Shown piece by piece: positions 11,338-20,000 of a stretch of DNA of 20,000 nt (its first letter is position 1; every line of letters starts with the position of its first letter). The notes beneath the pieces were generated by a model. It had not been told where the DNA came from. It saw only the letters and a program-made list of their open reading frames with translations, and did not search any database. The position numbers and the translations under genes were made by a program. This DNA comes from Hydrurus foetidus (Eukaryota), in contig UYFQ01000562.1 in NCBI GenBank assembly GCA_900617105.1, positions 49,518-69,517 on the forward strand. Reading direction: 5' to 3'.

Positions 11338-12103
11338 TGATTGTAATTTTAGACAATGTCGTCGATACGGTTGGAAGGTTGTCTTGCTGGCGCTCGAGAA
11401 TTGACCCTCAGTTTATATACCAGTCACAGCTAAACATCCACCCGCATTTCAGGCCAACATGGCGTGCGTTTGATGGGGATTTATGCGAAAGACGAGAGAC
11501 CCACTCTCACCTCTCTTCAATGGTGGAAATGGAGATCGCAATCGAAAATTGGCAGTAGTCGCTTTATGACACATAAAAATGTTGATGACAATAACTCAAC
11601 TCCCTTCTCACTTTGTTGGAGTTTTGTTCTGTGGTGAACTGAATCTAGTAGGATGTAGGCCGTTCTGTTCTGTACCGTCCCCTGCCTATTGTTTTGTTTT
11701 CAAATGGTATTACGGATAAATTGCCCACTGTCAAAATCACTGAAAACCACCCAAAATCACCCTGAAATTGAATTTCCCCAAGACAATTGAAAATGCTATC
11801 TCCATCAATGCTGCTTCTCATGACGACCTAATTAGAGATTCGAGTTCAGCATGATTTTCAAGGGTGGACTGCCGACTCAAAATTCCTCTAGCGATTTCGT
11901 GGTTTGCAAAAATTTCAATCCCCGGTACTGAGATTGAGAAAATCATGATTTCAGATGACAAGTTCACTGTGAATCACTCCTCAGATGTTCATGACGCCAT
12001 ATAACTTATTGTCTGAAATGACAATATTACTCTACCGTCGTCGTTCAAATCAGAGCGGCATCATAGCAGCCAAAGAGCTTCCTAAAATATGCTCGAAAAT
12101 GCA

Positions 12104-12380
12104 TGTTTTCGGAAAACCGGAAAACAAAACAATAGGCAGGGGACGGTAGGGAGATAATATCGTAGTTAATGACACGGACACAATCAGTGTACTCATGCAT
12201 TCGTACGGTCGTACGGATTAATTTGTGTGTGTGTGTGTGTGTGTGTGCGTACATGCGTGACGACGATGAATGGACCCGTGCATCGTCTCTGTACTTCAAG
12301 TGTAGTGTAGAAATGTCTTTTGTTGTTGCGTTGAAAGGGACTCGGGGACTTCAGCAGGGATGAAGCACAGTCAATTAACA
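12104..12380 (+). repeat. Candidate 5' LTR of the copia element (TGTT...AACA, 277 bp)
   Basis: Starts TGTTTTC at 12104 and ends TTAACA at 12380, about 130 bp before the gag ATG. There is no second LTR copy in the window and no canonical PBS, so the boundaries are unconfirmed. Confidence 0.4.
12224..12247. repeat. (TG)12 microsatellite
   Basis: Perfect TG run visible directly in the sequence. Confidence 0.95.
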
Positions 12381-12512
12381 AGTGTTTACTGCCATCACAG
12401 AGCTTATTTCACGAGTCCTGACTGAGCGATCTTCAACTTCAGTACAGCGAGAGGCGTACGTGTGAACCAAACCGAAGATCCGTCAACATAATTGACTGCC
12501 ACAGGCATTCCG

Positions 12513-15500
12513 ATGCCTCCCAAACGCGCCGCAGAAGCTTTCAAAAGTACAGAGGAGTGTACGCTTCAATACGGCAAACACAACAACATTATCAAATGGA
12601 GAGAACACATGCAGACGGTTGTAACCGAACTATACGGGATAGTTGGCATGTTCTTCACCACAAATGTGAGATACGAGCTCCCGAGAGTTTCTTACAGGGA
12701 TTACCCTGCAGATTCATCGTCGGAAAACTCCAGTTCCGAAGAAGACGACGAGATAGTCGAGGGTCAACAGGAACAACCACCTGACCCAGAGACCGTAGCG
12801 TACGCCGCTGCGAGGCCTGCTCGCACCGCCGCTAGACAGGCGAGGAACGAGAGGAGGCGGAAAGCGTCAGAACGCTCTAGAGCGAAATTCAAAGAAGATG
12901 ATTACATACAGAGAAAGAGGGACATCAAAACGCCGAAAGAGAACGAACGTACAATGTACCCGATGATGTGGAAGCGCATGTCGCTACTATCACAGAGTAG
13001 GGTGCGGGAAGAGGAAGACTTCAAGACCGCATATGACACCCTGGATTGCGTCATGCTGTGGACACTCATAAGGAGGAATCACCTCACACACATGTACGGG
13101 GGTGATGAGACACTGCAGGAGTACAACCAACACGAACAAGAGAGTAAACACGGGTCAATGACGCAAGGTGAGAGAGAGCACGTTGTCACTTTCAAGAACA
13201 GATTCGATGAACAGGTGACTGCGAACGCTGCCGTCGGAATCGCCGCAGTGACAGAGTCAAAGCAAGCATTGGACTTCCTAGGGAAACTCGACACTCGAAG
13301 GTACAAGGTCATGCTAGACGACATGAAGCACAACGCCCTACGGCGCAAACCAGGGGCGTTCCCCACCACACTCGCCCTAGCCTTCCACATCGCTTCAGAG
13401 TGGAACGACCGAGTCCCTGCATCCACACCCACACCGGCGGGTGCGAACGCAGCGTACGTGACCGAGGGAGTCCACGTCACGGCGGCCAAGGACCCGGAGA
13501 AGAAAGCGGGGAAAGCCGGAGGTGGCAGCAAGAAATCCCTAGCAGACGTCGAGTGTTACAAATGCAAAACAATGGGACACTACGCGAGGAACTGCCCGCA
13601 GAAGAAATCGTCGTCATCAGAAAAAGTCCACATCACGGTGGCAGAGTCAGACGAAGAATACGAAGGGGAGTCGAGCGAATGGGGTGTAGCTCTTGTTACT
13701 GCGGATGAAATATGCTGCTTCTCCAGATTCGACGTGCTGTTAGACAACGAGGCCTCGCTCAACATCTTCAATAACGCTGAACTACTTACTGACCTAAGGA
13801 AGTCGGAGTCGACAATATGAGTGAGCGGGATCCAGCAAGGAGGAGGGGTGAGCGTAGATCGGGAAGGGGAGTTCGGGGAATTCGGCACGGTGTACTACAG
13901 TAGTTCGGCATCGGCAAACAGCCTGTCTTTCGCGTCGCAGGTCGACTCAGGGGCGTCGATCAGATATGATCACCTGAGCGACTGCTTCACTCTGAGACCA
14001 AAGAGCAGCACGAGGATCTATCGGTTCGGGAGAAAGCGAGTCGTAGGAAGCGAGGGGAGATTCTACTCGTGCGACTGGAGAGATGTTGAGCACGACAAAG
14101 CGTTAGGAACTACGATGGTCGAAAATCTAAAAGCATTTACGAAACGAGAGATCGAGCAGGCGAGACAAGCTCGTGAGCTGCTCGCTAGGATGGGTTTCCC
14201 AATGGTGGAACAGGCGATGTCGATCGTGAACAGCGGAAGCAACTTTGACAATACGGCGAGAGATTCCCAGATCGCTGATGCGATATGGGGCAAAGATCTA
14301 GCTTCTATAAAAGGGAAATCAGTGAAGAGAGCTACTGCTATCGCTGATATTACAGTCAGCACGAAACTAATGCAAAGGGATCAGGTGCTGTCGATCGACA
14401 TTATGTTTATAGACAAACTAGCGATACTAGTTGGGGTATCTACACCACTGGGACTAACTATTGTATATAGTCTAAACACAGCAGATCTAACGAAGCCAGC
14501 AAGGACAGCAGCCCAAGTAAAGATCGCAGTCCTAAAATAAATAAATAGGATAAACCATTTTATCGCAGTCCTCGCTGCGCAGAACTTCAGGACCTCCATA
14601 ATCATGAGCGACGGAGAGGGCGCTGTCAAGAGCCTCATTGACGAGCTGGGAAGGCTCGGTGTGGAGGTTGACGTGAGTGGAGCCGGCGGCCACGTTGCTA
14701 GGATTGAGAGAAAAATTCGGATTGTTAGAGAACGGGACGATGTCACGTAGCGTACCACCTTCCGTTCACACTATCGACAGTGGGTATCGCCATGCTCGTA
14801 CTGTACTGTATATCCAGGCTGAACTACGAACCGGCCGGATTACGGGAATGGGGCCCGAGTCCGCGTGAAGCATACATCGGTAGGAAGCCTGATGGTAAGA
14901 GAGACTTTAGATGCTCGTTCGGAGATTATGTGCAATGTACTGTCCCTAACACTGATTCAGGATTCAAGAGCCGAACCGAGGACTGTGTGGTTATGCTCCC
15001 CCTCGGAAATCGCACGGGCTCAGTGAGAATGCTTTCGTTCAGCACAGGGCGACTAGTGAACAGGGACCAGTTCAGAGTGCTACCGATGCCGGAGTCCGTT
15101 ATAAAGAGACTAAATGAACTCGCGCATGCGGATGGTAGAGTGAAAGGGAAGGGCGATCTGTACGCACGGCCTACATTGTACGAACAGTACGGGAACGCTG
15201 CCAAGGGGCTGCCCGACACGATGGAACCCAACGTCAACAACGGTGTGGATCCATCGATAGAACCGCTAGAGGATGACCGTGAGACGAGAAACGGAGAGGC
15301 AGACAGCGGAGACCAGCAGCAAGACAGTGGAGGAGAATTGGAAGAGCAACAGCTCGACAACGGTGAAGCACTGAGTGAAGTGGACCTGAGGGACAGCAGT
15401 GAACCATACGAAGAAGCAATACAGGCCGAACAGCCGGAAGAGCACGACAATGATATAGATGATCTGGTCGACAGTATGAACCGGATGCGAGCTGGACCGC

Positions 15501-15916
15501 AGGACCAGAGTGAAGATCCCACAGGGGGACTAGATGAGAGGGGCATACCGGAGGACTATACATCGACCGGTGGGACACGGGACGAGGACAACAAAGCCAG
15601 AGGAGCAGTGAGCCGAGCGACAGAGCTACTCGCTGCACCTGCACCGCACTACGGGATAAGTAGACATGAGGTGATGAACTTTTTTAGGAATGGTAGTGGC
15701 ACCGCACTTCTGATGCGCAACTACGACTGTGACCGTGCAGACTGGGGAGACTATGTACTGAACATATTGGTAAACGAAGCGCTGAGGACTAGGGGTGATG
15801 CAGCGCTGAGTGTGATTAAAAAAGAGCTGAAGCAGATGATCGATAAGAAGGTGTGGGCATCTGTCTCTGTGAGCGACCTATCAGCGGAGGAGAAGCACCG
15901 AATCATCAGATCGAGC
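12513..15916 (+). pseudogene. Disrupted copia gag-pol polyprotein (gag, protease, integrase, start of RT)
   Basis: ATG 12513 (MPPKRAAE). In-frame TGA at 13818-13820 lies inside the protease. TAA at 14538-14540 lies in an apparent insertion. Restoring one missing base near 14736 gives ...RER-x-RCHVAYHLPFTL. Homology ends at IIRSS (15916). Confidence 0.85.
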
Positions 15917-16125
15917 TGTGGTCGGGCAAATGGAGAAAGGGTGGAAAGAGGAGGTAGGCTTAGTTACAGGTATCTATGCTAGAAGCTAGTTTAACTTCTA
16001 AGTGGACGCTGTAGATGGCTACGACGATACGACAGCCTAACTGTAGTGTACAGTAGTAGTACCCGGTAGGATCCGGTAGAGTCGGTACCCGATAGGATCG
16101 GGACCCTGGACCCGGTACTATCACA
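15917..16125 (-). repeat. 3' LTR of the gypsy element (209 bp)
   Basis: Termini TGTG...CACA form a 4-bp inverted repeat. The left end coincides with loss of copia coding homology and the right end lies next to the polypurine tract. Confidence 0.8.
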
Positions 16126-16151
16126 TTACCCCTACTTATCTTTCTTTCTTT
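16126..16151 (-). promoter_or_regulatory. Polypurine tract (plus-strand primer) of the gypsy element
   Basis: The minus strand reads AAAGAAAGAAAGATAAGTAGGGGTAA immediately before the LTR start TGTGATAG. Confidence 0.8.
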
Positions 16152-16500
16152 CGAAAAAAAATCTAAGCTAAATCTAAACTAAATCGAAACCCCCGTTTCT
16201 TTGCAAACTTATTTTTATAACTTAATCGATAAAGAAAATATATCCAAAATTTACAAAATCGAAAATTTGAAAAAATAATAATAAAAGTGAACATAGAAAA
16301 ATATTTACAAAAGAAAACTTGGAGAAAGTTGGGGTTCGATGTAGAAAGATAAGGTGGGGTTGTACAAAACAGTAGAGTACTGTTGTACGAGGGTCGAAAA
16401 CGTAATTATGTCAGATTTTTACTGACTAAAAAAACCATAAAAATCCCTTAGAAAGGGCAAAAATTAGGCAAAAAATCTTCAAAAGATAATACGTTCGAAC

Positions 16501-19500
16501 TCAAACCTCATCGGTTGATCCCTCAAGATTCCTGGGAATAAAACGTGACATGTTATTATTCCGCAAGTATACATGGAGTGCATCACAGAGCCGGAGATTC
16601 TTCCAAGGCTCCCATGTATTATGTGAGTCATCATAGTTGAGCCATTTAACATGGAACGACATGGATGTCGGCTTCTTTGAATCACCAGTGTGATTAAGAA
16701 CTTTCTCAACGAAATACTCCATGTAATCGCGACGTGCTGTATCAGCAGGTATGCCCAGCGATGGGTCATAATTGAAAATCTTCAGATTTTTCACATGTAC
16801 ACTATTGTGCTTGTGTGTAATTAAGTTCGCGAGAACATACTCGGATCCCTCAAAGGAGACAACACGGAAAGGACCTTTCCACTTTGTGTGTAATCGAGTT
16901 GGGGATGTTCCTGTTTTACCAGAACATATGACCCTATGGGAAACACTGTCACACCTTGTGTGGACTTTTTGTGTTTGTCATCACATTTCTGAAGAGAACC
17001 GATTGCTGCATCGAGGACTTTGTCCTGTATATCGATGAGATCTGTGATGTATGTTGAATTCGAAGATGTCAACGTTGGTAATAGATGAGGGGTCAAAATA
17101 CCCCGATTCAAATCAAGTTTATTGCCGAATAAAATCGAAGCAGGACTTTGATTTGTTCGTCGATTAACTGAACTGTTAATGATTCGTTGAACAAATGGTA
17201 TGCATTTAGCATAATGTTCAAGAGATGGTGTATCAAACACGAGACCTCGTAAGTGTCTATTCACTTCTTTGTTGACCCTTTCTACAATGGCATTCTCCTG
17301 TGAGGAATAAGCCAAAGTGAGATTATGGGGTGTACCCGTTAGGTCTAAGAACTCTTTAATGAGATCATTAGCGAAGTGGGATCCTCGATCGGATCTAATC
17401 ATATTTGGCGATCCAAATCGACCAAAATGAGTCAGTAAGCACTCAGATGCCGACTGAGCTGTAGCATCCTTACACCAGAACATTTCTGTCCATCTGGAGA
17501 AGGTGTCAATTATGACAAGAATATACCCTTTATCAGGGAATGGGCCAATAAAATCGATATTTAATGTATCGAAAATCGCATGTGTGGACGTTGAAAAATG
17601 AGCAGCGCTGATATTTGCATCAACTGCACTCAATTTCTGACAGCATGGGCAGTTTCGTATGAACGAGCGTACGTGCTGTTTCATATTTTTCCACACATGG
17701 TTAAGACTAAAAAGTCGAGTGAGGGTACGGTCGATGCCGTTGTGACCAACAATTGCATTGTGGCACATTTGAATGTAAACATTCTGTTCATCTGTCGGCA
17801 GTGCAATAACCGTTAAAGCCGAAACTGCCAAAGATGATGATGAAGAAGATGATACTGGAGTATTACTCTCGGACCTGATTGTCTTAGGCAGAGCAATTTC
17901 GGTAAGATTTGGACATAACCGTGACAGAGCATCGGCAAGTTCATTATCCGACCCTTTTACAAAGTGTACGGTAAAATCAAGTTCTTGCATTGCAATGAAC
18001 CACCGTGTCACCATTGAAGTGGGGTTTTGTTTCATATAAGTCAAATTCATATGATCCGTATGTATGGTAAACTTACGGTCTCGAATAAGATAATCGAGTT
18101 GTTGGCAACAGAAAAAGATAGCATAAGCTTCTTTCTGTATTGTCGACCAATTTATTTGTGTTGCCGATAGAGATTTGCTTATAAAAGCGATTGGTCTCCA
18201 TTCGGTGTCGACAATTTGGAAGAGTACACCACCGATGCCATAATCGGATGCATCAGTATATAATCTGATGGGTGAATCATCATTGATGAAGTACATTAAA
18301 GGACAACGCGATACCGCGATTTTAGTCTCATGAAATGCCAAAGTCCCCTCGGGGGTCCAATATATTGGGGAACGTTTAAGTGCCGTTGGGTCCACCATCA
18401 TTTGAAGGGGTTTGACCATGTCCGAATGAAACGGTACAAATTGGCGAAAGTAGTTGGCTAAGCCAAGAAATCCACGAAGGGATGTCACTTCTTTAGGAAG
18501 CGGGAAGTTGAGGACTGTCTCAATCTTTTCTTTAGACATGGATAATCCATCCTTGTCTATGACTCGTCGGCCGACGTATTCAATACGTTTGAGACCGAAT
18601 CTGCATTTCTTTGCTTTGAGCTTAAGATTTTTAAGGCGAAATCTTTCAAAACACTGCGCAGATTCTGGAGAAACTCTGCTTCGCCCCGTCCATATACGAT
18701 GCAGTCATCGAGATACATCTCGCAACAGCGGTATATAAGACCGTAGAGGACCATTGTCACCATCTGCTCTCGAAAGTAAGAGGGGGCTCGACAAGGGCCA
18801 AAAGGCAATCTCGTGAACTGAAACACCCCATGAAACATATAAATGCGGTATAGATTCGGTGGGGTGTGTACAGAGGTGCTTGGTGGTAACCCGCGGTTAA
18901 ATCCATCACTCCGTAAATATCCGGTTTTTTATTACCGATCCTCTCGAAGAGGTGTTTGATATTGGGTAGGGGAAAGGAGGCCGGCTCAATGCATTCATTG
19001 AGAGCACGATAGTCGATGCAGGTTCGATACGTATCGGCTGTCTTATTTACCATTACAGGATGACTGTAGTATGCAGCGTTCGACCTCTCGATCACACCAT
19101 CCTCCAGCATTTCTTCAATTGAAGTGCGGAGGTAATGTTCCTTTTTAGAGGATTGTGGGCGCACTGGTGTGCGGTTCGAAGGAACCTCCCATTTTTGCCT
19201 AGGCAAATTGATCTCAAAAGGTTTGAGATGTGCAGCTTGCGGGGCTAGCTTATCACTGAAAATATCAGCGAATTCTGAACAGAGAGTACGCAAATCCTTC
19301 TGAAGGCTTTCATCCCCCTCAAAATGAATTTGTGACAAAAAATCATCCGGCCCATTGGGCGGTACATTTCGGCACGTCTTGTCACGCAAGAAAGGTGCGA
19401 AAGTGTCAGTCTTGTCATTGTCAATCTCGTCAACGGAGAGTGCGACACCGCTTGGCCATACGGCTTCCACGTCATAGTCTGATGTAGCAGAGTCCCCAGA

Positions 19501-20000
19501 GGTATGTGTGAGGGTGGGAATCGGGTCACCACCTAGGTGCGGGTATCACCCGTACGTTTCGCGAGTACAGCCGAGACACGGTCCAGTCGCTGACAACCCA
19601 CATCACCACATGGACTTTGGGTCATGACTCCCTCGGAACCAACCTGGGTAACGCCACACGTGAACGTTGCATGACAGTCTGACCCCACGACTTCTTTGGT
19701 TAGAGGTGCGTGCAAAATGGTCTTCGTTGGTTTTGGCTTTGTGCAAAGGCCGTATGGTTCTCCTTTAAGAGCGAGTTTCGTCTGAGTGATTCCTTCAACA
19801 AATCATATATTGGGGTAATCGACTCTACCTCTGGATCTTCGGGTAGAACTCCCTCCGATATCAAACGCCTGGTGTATTTGCTCCAATAAAGCGGGTCAAG
19901 CTTTGTTACTGCTTCCCTTTCTTCAAATTAGCGCCAACGAATATCCCTTTTCCTTCTGTTCTCCGCACTGAGCTCAGGAGAGATACCAGAAGCAAAAGGT
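16501..20000 (-). pseudogene. pol: Gypsy pol (RT, RNase H, integrase, chromodomain), frameshifted in this sequence
   Basis: RT: RTCIDYRALN, MDLTAGYHQ, RLPFG, YLDDCIVYG. RNase H: LYTDASDYGIGGVL, EAYAI, TDH, ADALSR. Integrase: CHNAIVGH...CPCC, IDFIGP, SDRGSHF, IVERVNK, KWKGPF. Chromodomain (~16722-16560): EYFVEKVL...VKWLNYDDSHNTWEP. One-base deletions near 16901-16904, 18648-18651 and 18826-18829, probably also 19541-19543 and 19800-19802. Possible in-frame TAA at 19928-19930. Stop at 16501. Confidence 0.88.

Larger units (their letters stand above)
12104..15916 (+). mobile_element. Ty1/copia LTR retrotransposon, degenerate, 5' part; interrupted at the start of RT by a gypsy insertion
   Basis: Copia domain order: gag with CCHC knuckle CYKCKTMGHYARNC, protease LLDNEASLNIF, pre-integrase ARELLARMGFP...IWGKDLASIKGK, integrase SIDIMF / MSDGEG / IERKIR with SPREAYIGRKPD and FGDYVQ, then RT onset IKKELKQMIDKKVW...IIRSS. 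The left boundary is tentative. Confidence 0.88.
15917..20000 (-). mobile_element. Ty3/gypsy LTR retrotransposon with chromodomain; 5' part (gag, protease, 5' LTR) beyond the window end
   Basis: Gypsy order RT-RNaseH-integrase-chromodomain on the minus strand, followed by an AT-rich 3' region, a PPT and a TG...CA LTR that abuts the cut copia RT. Confidence 0.93.

Noticed and set aside
11700..12103. AAAATCAC-type short repeats and TACTCTACCGTC (faintly Stowaway TIR-like) as a DNA transposon
   Set aside because: No matching second TIR, target-site duplication or transposase was found in the window.
13818..13820. In-frame TGA in the copia polyprotein as programmed readthrough or selenocysteine
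   Set aside because: It falls inside the protease domain, not at the gag/pol boundary, and the element has other lesions. A point mutation such as CGA to TGA is simpler.
15200..15750. Acidic stretch between copia integrase and RT as a captured gene
   Set aside because: It is low-complexity and in frame, at the position of the normally variable integrase-RT linker.
16895..18835. Gypsy frameshifts as programmed ribosomal frameshifts
   Set aside because: They lie within RT and integrase and lack X-XXY-YYZ slippery heptamers.
277..19532. Many short antisense or alternative-frame ORFs (e.g. 2057-2590, 4909-5166, 6807-7199, 13079-13531, 14926-15546)
   Set aside because: They are shadows of real coding regions or low-complexity repeats, with no independent motifs.

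Overview
Eukaryotic nuclear DNA with GT-AG introns of about 90-460 bp; a protist, probably a stramenopile (inferred from gene and element types). The left 11.3 kb holds three spliced minus-strand genes, reconstructed by hand from splice sites and phases. (1) A USO1/p115-type vesicle tether (ARM head plus coiled coil), probably continuing beyond position 1. (2) A 4-exon, ~563-aa gene the ORF track breaks into fragments: signal peptide, basic transit-like segment ending in RVRGG, ubiquitin-like domain, hydrophobic hairpin and long acidic repeat tail. This is a HERP/Usa1-like layout with a bipartite-looking leader and is the most interesting item. (3) An S53 sedolisin/TPP1-like protease with an extra C-terminal domain, a TM helix and a short tail. 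The right 8 kb is a nested retrotransposon pair: a degenerate plus-strand Ty1/copia element cut at the start of RT (15916/15917) by a minus-strand chromodomain-bearing Ty3/gypsy element whose 209-bp 3' LTR and PPT are visible. No RNA genes or CRISPR arrays were recognised. All calls come from reading motifs; no database searches were run.
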